NCBI GenBank assembly: GCA_050250895.1
Contig: JBFWNU010000006.1
Coordinates: 119,513-183,512 of the forward strand
Source of the DNA: Vulcanimicrobiota bacterium
Lineage (GTDB): Bacteria > Vulcanimicrobiota > Xenobia > Xenobiales > JADMJV01
Direction of reading: 5' to 3'
Length of the DNA stretch: 64,000 nt
In this document: piece by piece, positions 1 through 11,263 of the stretch
Numbering within the stretch: position 1 is the stretch's first letter
Layout: each line of letters starts with the position of its first letter
Made by a program: the position numbers and the translations under genes
Notes under the pieces: model-generated
Database searches by the model: none
Told to the model about the DNA's origin: nothing
Seen by the model: only the letters and a program-made list of their open reading frames with translations

Positions 1-1
1 C

Positions 2-67
2 GAGAGCCTCTCGTCCGCTCAGGCAACCCAGATCGAGGCCCTCTGCTGCGGTTACTGCCTGGCTTAG
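2..67 (+). CDS. 3' end of a gene entering the window (partial, ...ESLSSAQATQIEALCCGYCLA*)
   Basis: Open frame 2 ends at TAG 65-67, just before a non-coding inverted repeat; too short to assign. Confidence 0.3.
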   Translation, partial: ESLSSAQATQIEALCCGYCLA

Positions 68-117
68 GTGGGCTTAGGTTTTCGCCTCCTCGATGGGTGG
101 TTGGCATGCTGGGATTT

Positions 118-260
118 AACGCGGAGATCACGCGGAGGAGCGCCGAGGTCGCGGAGAGGTTGGCACGACTGGAGCGTTGGAGCCCGAACGAATTTGTTGC
201 CAGGGCGCTCACCCCACGCCCCCCACAACCCTCTCCGTGACCTCCGCGAGCTCCGCGGTT
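118..260. repeat. REP-like long imperfect inverted repeat downstream of ettA
   Basis: Left arm 131-162 cgcggaggagcgccgaggtcgcggagaggttg pairs with right arm 226-257 caaccctctccgtgacctccgcgagctccgcg; iterated GCGGAG/CTCCGC units. Confidence 0.7.
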
Positions 261-334
261 TCAACAACGGGCGGGCGCAGACAGCCCCGGGTTAGCGCCC
301 CCCGGGCGCGGCCGCAACGGGCAAGCGCCCCTGG

Positions 335-2002
<1,668 letters not shown>

Positions 2003-2099
2003 CGCCCGCCAATTCGCAGTCGGCGCCAACCAACCTGCTGGCGCCGGGCCGGCGAGGAGGAACGAAGAGCTTCCCTCTTGCTAGCGACCGCCAGCGAAG

Positions 2100-2408
2100 T
2101 TAGCGATGGGTGAAGACGCCGCCAGCCGACATGCCCGAACGCATGCCGGATACGGCTTGACCGCTGGCGATGAAGCCGCTCTGCATGCCCGTCGAAGGGC
2201 CCTGGGAGAGGCTGAAATTCGAGGATTGGGGGGCGAATTGGGCCTGCAGGCCGGACACGATGTGAGCCACGCCATTGCTGGGCGGGCAGGCTTCGGGAGG
2301 ATTGAGGACGATCGCATCCGAGGGACCGCTTTCGAGGCTACGGGCGGGGCGCGGCGGGTTGATCTCACCACCGATGAGATTGGTTCTGATGCCTGAGATT
2401 GGTTGCAT
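2100..2408 (-). CDS. Small Ser/Gly-rich hypothetical protein
   Basis: ATG preceded by GGAGG; 102 aa filling the gap; repeated GMxSG in the C-terminus. Confidence 0.6.
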   Translation of the reverse strand: MQPISGIRTNLIGGEINPPRPARSLESGPSDAIVLNPPEACPPSNGVAHIVSGLQAQFAPQSSNFSLSQGPSTGMQSGFIASGQAVSGMRSGMSAGGVFTHR

Positions 2409-2508
2409 ACTACACCTCCGCCTGCTTTGGTTTTCACGACGCGGAGCCGGGCCGTAAAGACAGAAGTTGTAACGGTTAAGTTACTTGTTGATGAACACGA
2501 TGTTCACA

Positions 2509-2799
2509 TCATTGTCGGTGCTGAGGGGGCGCCGGGGGGGCGATGGAGCCGGGCAGGGGCCGCGGCTCGGGCATGCGCACCCGGCCGCGGACGGTCGGTT
2601 CGGGTTTGGGTGGGGGAGGACACGGGTGGGGCGGAGGTGGCGAGGGTTGGGGCGAGAGGCGCTTTTCGACCGAGGGTGGCAGTTCCCACCCCTCGAGTTC
2701 TTCGGCTCGGGTCAAGAAGGCGCTGGCCGAGAGGGCGCCGGTGGCGAACAGGAGGTTGGCCAAGAATTCACGGCGGCGGAGCTGGTTTTGTTCAGGCAT
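2509..2799 (-). CDS. Small Pro-rich protein with twin-arginine (Tat) signal
   Basis: LRRREFL followed by a hydrophobic stretch and a Pro-rich tail. Confidence 0.65.
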   Translation of the reverse strand: MPEQNQLRRREFLANLLFATGALSASAFLTRAEELEGWELPPSVEKRLSPQPSPPPPHPCPPPPKPEPTVRGRVRMPEPRPLPGSIAPPAPPQHRQ

Positions 2800-2826
2800 G
2801 CTCTGTCGGTCGCCAGTGGCCGGGGC

Positions 2827-4167
2827 TTATTCCCGCAGACGGTCAAAGGCCAGTTGTTGGCGGGGGGTGAGTTCGCGTTGGGCCAACCAGTTGAGCAGCG
2901 GCTCGAGTGGCACGGCTGGGGCAGCCTCGGGCTGGCGGAGAGGAGGGCTCGGTGGCGGGGGTAGACGACAGTCGAGGGTGGGGTCGGCTGCGCTGGCCGG
3001 GGCCACTAGCCTCGAGGCTTCTTGGACTCTTCCCAGGGCTTGGTGGCAGCGAGCCATGGCCAGCTGTAGCCTGGGAGTGGGGTCGAGTTGCCGGTAGAAC
3101 TCCAGCGCCTTTTCGAAGTCGCCGCCCAGGTGATAGAGGATGGCCAGGCTGCGGGCGGGTTGCGAGGGGCCATGAGGAATCTCGAAGAGGTGTTGCTCGC
3201 TGGCCCGCAGCACTGTCAAGAGAGGGGCCGAAGGAGCTTTGCGCAAGAGCGGTGTCAGTTCCTGGATGAGGTGGGGGCAACACTCGCCCAGCCAGACCAG
3301 GGATAGAGCCACCTCGGGTGGGGCCTTGGCGGCGGCCACCAGATCCCACAGGATGATCAAGTCGACCACCGTCATCTCGGGACTGGTCTCGACTGGTTCG
3401 CTGCCCAGAAGCACGGTGCGAAAACGGGCCTCGCCAGCCCAGGGAGTGGAAAGGGTTCGCTGGCGGGTTGAGCCGAGCAAGCTGAAATCCACCGGCAGCG
3501 AGAGGCTGCCGCCGTGGCGGACCACCGGCAGACGATCGTAATCGGTCCATTCCTCGGCTGACAGGAAGCCTTTGTCAGACACCAGCCAGCGGCTCTGGCC
3601 CAGTCGCTGCCACAATCCGGCAGCTGTGACCGGAAAGAGGAACTGGCCGTTGCGCAACCGGCGGGCCTGAGCCAGGCAGGCTGAATTCCACGCCTCATGG
3701 CGGTAGGGGGTCGAGGTCGGCTGACGGGCTATCTCGGCCGGGAAAGAACGGGGCTCGGTCTCGACGGCGAACAGGCGCCCCTCTTCGGTGAGGAACAGGT
3801 CTTGGGGCAGGGCTCCCAGCAGGTAGTTCGAGATGGTCAGATCGATGCCGTTGGCTTGGTCGCGGGTGGCATCAAAGAGAGCCAGTTCGAGCGTGCCCTG
3901 GCTTATCCACGGCTCCAATCTGGGATGTCCGGCGAGAAAATCCAGATTGGACTGGCAGAAATCGGTGGCTCGGTAGCGGAACGGCCGGTCGAAGCAGCGG
4001 CTGAAATAGTGCAGGAACCTGGCCGCGAATTTGCCGCTACCGGCCCCCAGTTCGAGAATGGCGGGGTGGGCCTCACCGGCTAGCAGGCGAGCCGCCAGGC
4101 GCGCCATTTGCCGGGCAAAGAACGGGCTGTTCGTGCCGTAGTGGGGGACCGCCTTCCAGGCAGCCAC
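2827..4167 (-). CDS. SAM-dependent methyltransferase (MidA-like) with C-terminal TPR
   Basis: Motif I ILELGAGSGKF, ATDF, SNYLL; TPR-like LAILYHLGGDFEKALEFYRQ; true start may lie upstream. Confidence 0.7.
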   Translation of the reverse strand: MAAWKAVPHYGTNSPFFARQMARLAARLLAGEAHPAILELGAGSGKFAARFLHYFSRCFDRPFRYRATDFCQSNLDFLAGHPRLEPWISQGTLELALFDATRDQANGIDLTISNYLLGALPQDLFLTEEGRLFAVETEPRSFPAEIARQPTSTPYRHEAWNSACLAQARRLRNGQFLFPVTAAGLWQRLGQSRWLVSDKGFLSAEEWTDYDRLPVVRHGGSLSLPVDFSLLGSTRQRTLSTPWAGEARFRTVLLGSEPVETSPEMTVVDLIILWDLVAAAKAPPEVALSLVWLGECCPHLIQELTPLLRKAPSAPLLTVLRASEQHLFEIPHGPSQPARSLAILYHLGGDFEKALEFYRQLDPTPRLQLAMARCHQALGRVQEASRLVAPASAADPTLDCRLPPPPSPPLRQPEAAPAVPLEPLLNWLAQRELTPRQQLAFDRLRE

Positions 4168-4259
4168 TCCCTGGCTACGATAGAACTCGCGCTGTGACTC
4201 CCACAGCGCACTCTGCGAGAGAAACTCTACTTGATCTCGCGCGATGGCCGGTGATCGTT

Positions 4260-4703
4260 CTAGTTTTGGCTACCGGTCCGGCCGCGTTGGCGACGGTCGT
4301 CCTTGGTAGGGTTGGCGGCCAGTACACACAGCGAGCGCTTGTGCTGGCCGTCCATCAAGATTTCGACGCTGTAGGCGCCGGCGGTGGGAATCGACATCTG
4401 CTGCAGCGACACGGCCAGCGGCATGATGATGTTTTCGCCGGCGCGGCCAGAGGTGGCCTTGCGGCCGACCTGAAAGTCGGCGTTGACTTCCGCCAGGCGG
4501 CGGCCGTCTTCGTCGAGGAGCACGATGTTCATCGTGTGTTGCCGGTTGGCTTCGGTGGGATGAATCTCGAGCAGGATTGCCAGAGTCACGCCCATCTGAG
4601 CGGGAAACTTTTCCCGCCATAGGCGGTTGATACCCCCACCGAGCACGTGAAGCAGGCCCTCTCGTACGGTGGCATAGTCGCACAGCATGGCTTCAATTGT
4701 CAT
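4260..4703 (-). CDS. DUF6941-like hypothetical protein
   Basis: MLCDYATVREGLLHVLGGG N-terminal pattern and GAYSVEILMDG; start set at ATG 4703. Confidence 0.65.
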   Translation of the reverse strand: MTIEAMLCDYATVREGLLHVLGGGINRLWREKFPAQMGVTLAILLEIHPTEANRQHTMNIVLLDEDGRRLAEVNADFQVGRKATSGRAGENIIMPLAVSLQQMSIPTAGAYSVEILMDGQHKRSLCVLAANPTKDDRRQRGRTGSQN

Positions 4704-4784
4704 GGGACGGGCGTTCTTGACCTGGATCGCTTTTCCTTTCAGGCTGAGCGGGGATGCCAGCCGGATGTCCCGAACGGCCGGCCT

Positions 4785-7370
4785 ATGGATCTTCGCTGTG
4801 GCCAAAGGGTAGTCAACGAGGCCGAGCCGGCCCTGGGACTGGGCCAGGTCAAAGAGGTCGATCGGCGGCGGGTAGTGGTGGCCTTTCCGGCGGTTGACGA
4901 GTCGCGCGTCTATAGCCGCAACGAGGCCCCCCTACGGCGGCTGGTGCTCAGCCCCGGACAGACGGCGTGCGCGCGCGATGGACGTAAATTCCTGGTCGAG
5001 AGCCTGGCGGTCGAAGGGCACCTGGTCGTTTATCGCGGTCAGGGCACCAGCCTGAGCGAGACCGAGTTGGCCGACGACCCGCCGGCCATGGGGGCGATCG
5101 ACCACCTGCTCGCCTGCCAGCTGGCTCCCGATACCGATTTCGAATTGCGCCGCCGGGCCTGGGAATTGCGGGCTCGTATTCTGGGGTCGAGCTTGCGAGG
5201 ACTGATCGGTCCCAGGGTCGACCTGCTCAGCCACCAACTCTACGTGGCCTCGAAAGTGACGGCCATGGCCCGGCCGCGCGTCCTGTTGGCCGATGAAGTG
5301 GGATTGGGTAAGACGATCGAGGCTGGTCTGATCTTTAGTGCGCTGGCCGCCACCGGCCGGGCCAAAAGCGTGCTGGCACTGGTGCCAGAGCCCCTGATTC
5401 ACCAATGGCTGGCCGAGTTCTATCGGCGTTTTAACCTGCTTTTCGAGTTGTGGGACCCCGAACAGCCTGACCAGCAGCGGGTGCTCTGCCCGGCCGTCAG
5501 CCTGGAAGAGCTGCCCGAGCGTCAGTGGGATCTGGTGATCGTGGATGAGGCCCATCACCTGATGCACGAGCAGGCTCTGGTCGAGTTGAGCCAGCGCACT
5601 CGGGGATTGCTCTTGTTGACGGCCACTCCCAGTCGGTCGGGTTCGGCATCGTTGTTCGGATTGCTGCATCTGGTCGACCCTGAGCGCTTCGCCGACCAGT
5701 CCATCTTCGAGCGCGAACACGCCGACTTGCGGCGGGTGGCCGAACTGGCCGGCCAGGTCGAGGAAGCGGGTCTGCAGCAGGCTGGTTCGCAGCTGGTAGA
5801 GCTATTTCCCCGCGACCGGCAACTGGCCGAACTGGTAGCCCAGGGCGACGCCCGGGCCGTGCTCGAGGCACTCACGGATCGCCACGGTACCGGGCGAGTG
5901 CTGGTGCGCAATCGGCGCCCGCGGCTGGGCCACCTTTTCCCGGGGCGGCGGCTCGAAGCAGTCAAGACCCAGGACTCGTTTGCCTGGCTGTGCAGCTTCT
6001 TGCTCGGACATGAGCGCAAAGTCTTGCTGATCGTCAATTCGGCCGAAGCTGTGGGCCAGCTTTACCAACGGCTGCGCGAGCAGTTGCCGACCACCCTGGC
6101 TACCTTTCATGAGCACATGAGTTTGCTCGAGCGAGACCGCCAGGCGGCCTACTTTGCCGAACCCAACGGAGCCCAGATTCTGCTGGCCAGCGAGATCGGC
6201 AGCGAAGGGCGCAACTTCCAGTTCGCCTCGGACCTGGTGCTTTATGATTTGCCGTTGCATCCCGACTTGCTGGAACAGCGGATCGGGCGCCTCGACCGCA
6301 TCGGTCAGACTCGGGTCGTGACCATCCATGTGCCCTATCAGGATGAGCGTTTGCTGCGTTGGCATCGCGATGGGCTGGGCTCGTTTCAAGCAGCCGTGGC
6401 CGGGGGCGACAGGCTGGTACGGCGCTTTGGGGCGCAGCTGCAGGAAGTTTCCGAAGCCGAGTTCGAGCCGTGGCTCAGTGAGGTGCGCCAGGCCGCCCAG
6501 GCCGAGGCCCAACGGGCTCGTCAGAGTGAAGATGTGTTGATCGACCGTAACTCGTTTCGCGAAGAGCAAGGAGGGCAGCTGGTCGAAGCAGTGGCCGAGG
6601 CCGGCCAGGATCCGATGGTGGTCGAGGTGGTGCCCGACCTGTTGGAGCGTTTCGGAGTGGTGATGGAAGAACTCGAGCAGGGACTGTTCTCGATTCGGCC
6701 GGGCGAGATGATGTTCGTCGATTCCTTGCCCGGCCTGCCGCCCGAGGGCGTATTGGGAACCTTCGACCGGGCCCGGGCGCTGGTGCGCGAAGACCTCGAG
6801 TTTCTCAGTCGCGAGCATCCCATCGTGGCGGGCGGCCTCGAGTTGTTGCTCGACCAACCAGAGAGCCGGGCCATGGCCAGCCGCTGGCGGGGGGCTCCCG
6901 AGACCACGGTGTTGGTGCAGTTTCTCTTCGTGGTCGAAGCGGTGGGGCCGTCCTGGCTTGAGCTAGAGCGTTATCTGCCGCCCACGGTCAGCCTGGTCAG
7001 CTTCGACATGCAGACCCGACCCCGACCCGAACTCGAGATAGAGCTCGAGTCGGCACGCACCGAACGACTGGCTCCTGAAGTGGCCGCCAACCTGGTGGGA
7101 CGATTGGGACCGGTACTCGATCAGCTGAGCGGCAAAGCTCAGCAAGCGGCGGTCGACCGGGCTCGGCCGGGCCTCGAAGCCGGTCTGGCTCGGGCGCGCC
7201 GGTTGCTGGCCGCCGAGCTGGCTCGACTCCAGGCCCTGGCCGAAGTCAACCCGGGGGTGGGTCCAGCCGAGCTAGAGGCCATGAGTGAGCGGGGGCGAGA
7301 GACTCTAGCCAGGCTCGGGGCAGCCGGGCCTCGACTGGATGCCGTCAGGCTGGTTTTGCTCCAGCAGTGA
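4785..7370 (+). CDS. rapA: RNA polymerase-associated SNF2 helicase RapA (HepA)
   Basis: GQRV..EPALGLG N-terminus, LLADEVGLGKTIEAG, DEAHH, LTATP, SEIGSEGRNFQFA, LEQRIGRLDRIGQ, C-terminal RLDAVRLV. Confidence 0.9.
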   Translation: MDLRCGQRVVNEAEPALGLGQVKEVDRRRVVVAFPAVDESRVYSRNEAPLRRLVLSPGQTACARDGRKFLVESLAVEGHLVVYRGQGTSLSETELADDPPAMGAIDHLLACQLAPDTDFELRRRAWELRARILGSSLRGLIGPRVDLLSHQLYVASKVTAMARPRVLLADEVGLGKTIEAGLIFSALAATGRAKSVLALVPEPLIHQWLAEFYRRFNLLFELWDPEQPDQQRVLCPAVSLEELPERQWDLVIVDEAHHLMHEQALVELSQRTRGLLLLTATPSRSGSASLFGLLHLVDPERFADQSIFEREHADLRRVAELAGQVEEAGLQQAGSQLVELFPRDRQLAELVAQGDARAVLEALTDRHGTGRVLVRNRRPRLGHLFPGRRLEAVKTQDSFAWLCSFLLGHERKVLLIVNSAEAVGQLYQRLREQLPTTLATFHEHMSLLERDRQAAYFAEPNGAQILLASEIGSEGRNFQFASDLVLYDLPLHPDLLEQRIGRLDRIGQTRVVTIHVPYQDERLLRWHRDGLGSFQAAVAGGDRLVRRFGAQLQEVSEAEFEPWLSEVRQAAQAEAQRARQSEDVLIDRNSFREEQGGQLVEAVAEAGQDPMVVEVVPDLLERFGVVMEELEQGLFSIRPGEMMFVDSLPGLPPEGVLGTFDRARALVREDLEFLSREHPIVAGGLELLLDQPESRAMASRWRGAPETTVLVQFLFVVEAVGPSWLELERYLPPTVSLVSFDMQTRPRPELEIELESARTERLAPEVAANLVGRLGPVLDQLSGKAQQAAVDRARPGLEAGLARARRLLAAELARLQALAEVNPGVGPAELEAMSERGRETLARLGAAGPRLDAVRLVLLQQ

Positions 7371-8112
7371 GGTAGCGGTCGAAATTGGCCGTGGTGATGG
7401 CGGCCACTTCCTCCCAGCTCACTCCCCAGAGTCCGGCCAGACATTCGGCCACCGGGCGCACCCAGGCCGGTTCGGCCGGGCGTTCGCCAAAAGGGACGGG
7501 GCTGTCGGTCTCTAGCAAGAGCAAGCTTTGCTCGACCGCCCCGACGACCCGCCGAGCTTCTTCAGAGTAGAGCAAGCTGGGTCCGGCCGAGATATAGACT
7601 CCCTCGCGGTTGGCGATGCGCACCAATTTGGTCGATTGGGTGAACCAGTGAAGCTGGGCGCCCAGCCCGGTGGCGCGCGTGAAGGCTACGGCCACCTCTA
7701 GCGTCTGGCGCTGGGCCCAGCGTGAGTGTAGATTGATGGGCTTGCTGGCCGCCTGCGCCAGCTCGAGTTGGCGTTCGAGCAGCAGCCGCTGGTGGGTCTG
7801 TTGTTCGGGTTCCTTGGCATATTTGAAGTCGAGTCCGACTTCGCCCAGCAGATCAGCCTGTTCGAGGTGTTCGGCCACAAACTTCAGGCAGGCTTCGATC
7901 TCGGACGCCGGCGTCGAGACGCTCTTCATGGGATGAAAGCCGAGCCCCACCAGTAGCCCCGGAGCCTGAGCACGCAGGGCTAGAAGTTTTCGGCCCGAGG
8001 CTTCATCTTCAGAGACCCCCACCACCCGGCTGACCTGGGCCTGGAGGGCGCGCTCGAGGCAGGCCAGGGGGTCCTGGCACTGTTCCAGGTGGCAGTGAGA
8101 GTCGACCAGCAA
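7345..8112 (-). CDS. TatD family DNase
   Basis: DSHCH, GFHP, GEVGLD, LHSR, LETDSP motifs. Confidence 0.9.
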   Translation of the reverse strand: MLVDSHCHLEQCQDPLACLERALQAQVSRVVGVSEDEASGRKLLALRAQAPGLLVGLGFHPMKSVSTPASEIEACLKFVAEHLEQADLLGEVGLDFKYAKEPEQQTHQRLLLERQLELAQAASKPINLHSRWAQRQTLEVAVAFTRATGLGAQLHWFTQSTKLVRIANREGVYISAGPSLLYSEEARRVVGAVEQSLLLLETDSPVPFGERPAEPAWVRPVAECLAGLWGVSWEEVAAITTANFDRYLTAGAKPA

Positions 8113-8113
8113 T

Positions 8114-9505
8114 CTACTGCTCTAATTGACGAGAGTGCCAGACCTGCAAGGTCTGGCCGGCCAGGCGGAGCGTGTCCTGGACGTAGGGGCGATTGCCGAC
8201 CCACTGAGCGAAGCCTTCTTTGAAATCCTCGCCCTTCTCGTCGTTGAGGTATTGGGCGAACTGGATAAGCAACAGATAGCGTTCGAGAAACTGATTGCTG
8301 CGGGCCAGCAAAGCATCTTGCTGGGTCGAATAGTGCGCCTTCGGGGGAGGGCGACGGTTGAGCACGGCCTGACGGAGGTTCTGCACGGCGGCGGCGCGCT
8401 CGATGGCCAGATCGGCGCGCTTGCGGAAGTTAGAGAAGCTTTCGAGGGCTTCGGCCAGATCGCTGACGCTATGGGCCTCTTGATGCAGGTGACTGCGCGA
8501 GCGAGCGGTGTCGAGCAGGTTGCTGGTGGGGGTGTGCATGGCTTGCTCAATGAGGTCGGCGATGGCCATGCCTGTGGTCGTGCGACCGCGACCGGCGTGA
8601 CAATTGAAGATGCGAGGCGTGTCCGGATCGACGTTCTTGAGGATGCTGACCAGCTGGTCGTAGTCTTGATACTCGGGGGTCTTTTCGTCGGAGACCGGCA
8701 CTCGATGGTACTCGACCTGGAATCCCTCATCGAGCATCTGTTGATAGACCTGGCGGGGAGTCTTGACGTCCTCAGGGTCGACTTTGACCCAGGATCTGGT
8801 CAGGTTCTCGTGGTTGTCTTCGTCATGGAGCAAGGCTTTGCCACCGGTCCGCTGGATCTCGTCGATGACTTCCTGGCGAAGGTTTTCTTCGAGTTCTTCG
8901 AGATCGCGGGGCGAGATGCCCGTGGCCTCGAGATTGCTCAGTGGATAGGCCGATTCGCGCAGGGTGAACGGCTTGCCCGCGATATAGACGACCGGCTCTT
9001 CGCGCAGGTTGATCCAGACGCAGGGGCGGCCGCCGGGACCCGCGTCGTTCTGGCGCAACACGGCTCGGATCCCGTTGATAGTGGGTTGAGCCACCCCGCG
9101 AATCTGGGAGCCGGCCAGCCCGCGATAGTTGGGGGCGCCACAGAGCAGCGGTTGGGCGCCCGCACCCATCTGCAGTTCGTCTTTGTGCAGGCCAGGATAC
9201 TGGTCGGTCTTGAGAATGCGATTGGGATTGAGGATGTCGCCCTTGCGGGTCAACTGGTCGCCAGCCATGAAGTAGGCGGCGGCCCCGACGGGATCGGCCG
9301 CCATCATGGCGTTGAGTTCGCTCAATAGTTCGCTGGCTCGAAAGCGGGCCGAGTTGGTCTCGCCGGGAGCGGGCAAGCTGCATTCGGCAGCCTGGCGGGT
9401 GAAGAGATCCTCGGGGATCTGCTCTTCAGGCTTGATGCGCTCGCGCGCCACGGCCTTGAAGCGCTTGGCTGCCTGAGCGATATGTCGTGGCGTAATCGGG
9501 TTCAA
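8114..9505 (-). CDS. Paladin-like / PTP-like (phytase-type) phosphatase
   Basis: GAPNYR, GVAQPT, WINLREEPVVYI, YHRVPVSDEKTP, CX5R loop NCHAGRGRTT, LERYLLLI; start (TTG 9505) uncertain. Confidence 0.8.
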   Translation of the reverse strand: MNPITPRHIAQAAKRFKAVARERIKPEEQIPEDLFTRQAAECSLPAPGETNSARFRASELLSELNAMMAADPVGAAAYFMAGDQLTRKGDILNPNRILKTDQYPGLHKDELQMGAGAQPLLCGAPNYRGLAGSQIRGVAQPTINGIRAVLRQNDAGPGGRPCVWINLREEPVVYIAGKPFTLRESAYPLSNLEATGISPRDLEELEENLRQEVIDEIQRTGGKALLHDEDNHENLTRSWVKVDPEDVKTPRQVYQQMLDEGFQVEYHRVPVSDEKTPEYQDYDQLVSILKNVDPDTPRIFNCHAGRGRTTTGMAIADLIEQAMHTPTSNLLDTARSRSHLHQEAHSVSDLAEALESFSNFRKRADLAIERAAAVQNLRQAVLNRRPPPKAHYSTQQDALLARSNQFLERYLLLIQFAQYLNDEKGEDFKEGFAQWVGNRPYVQDTLRLAGQTLQVWHSRQLEQ

Positions 9506-9617
9506 GTCGACAAAGTCCCACAAATCCCCACCGAAAGTATACCTCGAAATAGGTTGATTCCCTGTTGCTGAGATGTAAACATGCAGGGTCAAAGGGGGTC
9601 CAAACGAAGGTTTTGGT

Positions 9618-10847
9618 ATGAATGTACTGGTGCTCAACTGTGGTTCGTCCACGGTCAAGTTTCAGGTGGTCGAGACCGATCTCGACAAGATGGCAGCCGA
9701 CCAGGATCGCCGCCTGGCCCGGGGCCTGGTTGATCGTATCGGCGGTAAATCGATCTTGCGCTTTCAGGCCACCGGCCAGCCCGAGGTCAAGCTGGCTGAA
9801 CCCATTCGCGACCACGGCCAGGCCATCGACCGGGTCATCCGCTGGGTGGTTTCCGAGGACTCCCACATCGATTCCATCACCTCGGTTACCGACCTTCACG
9901 CGGTGGGCCATCGGGTGGTCCACGGGGGCGAGCGATTCAAAGCCTCGACTTTGATTACACCGGATGTCGAGGCAGGCATTTCCGAGTGCATCGAACTGGC
10001 TCCCCTGCACAACCCGGCCAATCTTAAGGGGATAGCGGCGGTCCGCAGGACATTGGGAGCCGGGGTGCCGCAGGTGGCTGTCTTCGATACGTCCTTCCAC
10101 ACTACCATGCCGGCCGAATCTTATCTCTACGCCATCCCTTATCCGCTCTATCGGCGCCACAAGCTTCGTCGCTATGGCTTTCACGGCACCTCGCATCGCT
10201 ACATCGCCTATCGCTACCGCAGATTGCGCGAACTCGAGAAAGAGCAGGTGCGCATCATCAGTCTGCACCTGGGTAACGGATGCTCGGCGTGCGCCGTGGT
10301 CGAGGGCAATTCGCTCGAGACCTCGATGGGTTTAACCCCTCTCGAGGGACTGGTGATGGGAACCCGTAGCGGGGACATCGATCCCTCGATTATCGATTTT
10401 CTGGTCGACGCCGAGGGACTGACGCCCCAACAGGTGGATACTCTGCTCAATAAGTCGTCGGGCCTGCTGGGTATTTCGGGGCTGACCGGGGATATGCGTG
10501 ACCTTTTGGCCGAACGCGAAGAGAACCTCGATCGCCGGGCCAGCCTGGCCATCAACATCTTCTGCAACCGCATCAAGAAATACATCGGAGCCTACCTGGC
10601 CCTGATGGGAGGCGCCCAGGCCCTGGTCTTCACCGGCGGCATCGGCGAGAATTCGGCCGTCATCCGCACGCAGATCCTCGACGGTCTAGAGTTTCTGGGG
10701 GTCGAGATCGACCAGAAATCCAACCAGGAGACGGTCGGCGGCAAGACCGGCCTGATTTCCACCGCCGACTCCCGGCTGGCAGCTTTCGTCATCCCCACCG
10801 ATGAAGAGTTGCTCATCGCCCGGGACACCGTTCGCTGCGTGAACTAG
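9618..10847 (+). CDS. ackA: Acetate kinase
   Basis: VLVLNCGSSTVKF, GHRVVHGG, APLHN, YGFHGTSH, HLGNG, FTGGIGEN, IPTDEE. Confidence 0.96.
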   Translation: MNVLVLNCGSSTVKFQVVETDLDKMAADQDRRLARGLVDRIGGKSILRFQATGQPEVKLAEPIRDHGQAIDRVIRWVVSEDSHIDSITSVTDLHAVGHRVVHGGERFKASTLITPDVEAGISECIELAPLHNPANLKGIAAVRRTLGAGVPQVAVFDTSFHTTMPAESYLYAIPYPLYRRHKLRRYGFHGTSHRYIAYRYRRLRELEKEQVRIISLHLGNGCSACAVVEGNSLETSMGLTPLEGLVMGTRSGDIDPSIIDFLVDAEGLTPQQVDTLLNKSSGLLGISGLTGDMRDLLAEREENLDRRASLAINIFCNRIKKYIGAYLALMGGAQALVFTGGIGENSAVIRTQILDGLEFLGVEIDQKSNQETVGGKTGLISTADSRLAAFVIPTDEELLIARDTVRCVN

Positions 10848-11263
10848 CCCTGCGAAAGTTCGGCGGCCCGCTGGTGACTCTGCCGGGCGGTGTCGGTCAT
10901 GATCTCTTCAAAGTCTTCCAGGCCATAAACGGGGCGAATTTCTATCTCGGACTCTTCAGGCATGGGGTTAGGGCAACGCTTGACCCACTCGATGGCCTGC
11001 TCGAGCGAGTCGACCTGCCAGAGCCAATAGCCGGCCACCAGCTCTTTGGTCTCGGCGAACGGGCCGTCGATGACGGTGCGGTCCTTACCAGAGAACCGCA
11101 CCCGGCAACCGCGCGACGACGGGGTCAGACCATCGCCCCCCAGCAGAATGCCAGCTTCGGCTAGTTCCTGATTGAATTTGCCCATCGCCTCGAGCAGTTC
11201 TGAGCTGGGCATTTTGCCTTGCTCTGAACTTGGGGTTGCTTTGACGAATACCATGACTTTCAT
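10844..11263 (-). CDS. YciI/DGPF-domain protein
   Basis: DGPFAETKELVAGYW and EIEIRP motifs. Confidence 0.9.
   Translation of the reverse strand: MKVMVFVKATPSSEQGKMPSSELLEAMGKFNQELAEAGILLGGDGLTPSSRGCRVRFSGKDRTVIDGPFAETKELVAGYWLWQVDSLEQAIEWVKRCPNPMPEESEIEIRPVYGLEDFEEIMTDTARQSHQRAAELSQG

Noticed and set aside
8126-9328. 400-aa plus-strand ORF
   Set aside because: Antisense shadow of the paladin-like gene, with no motifs.
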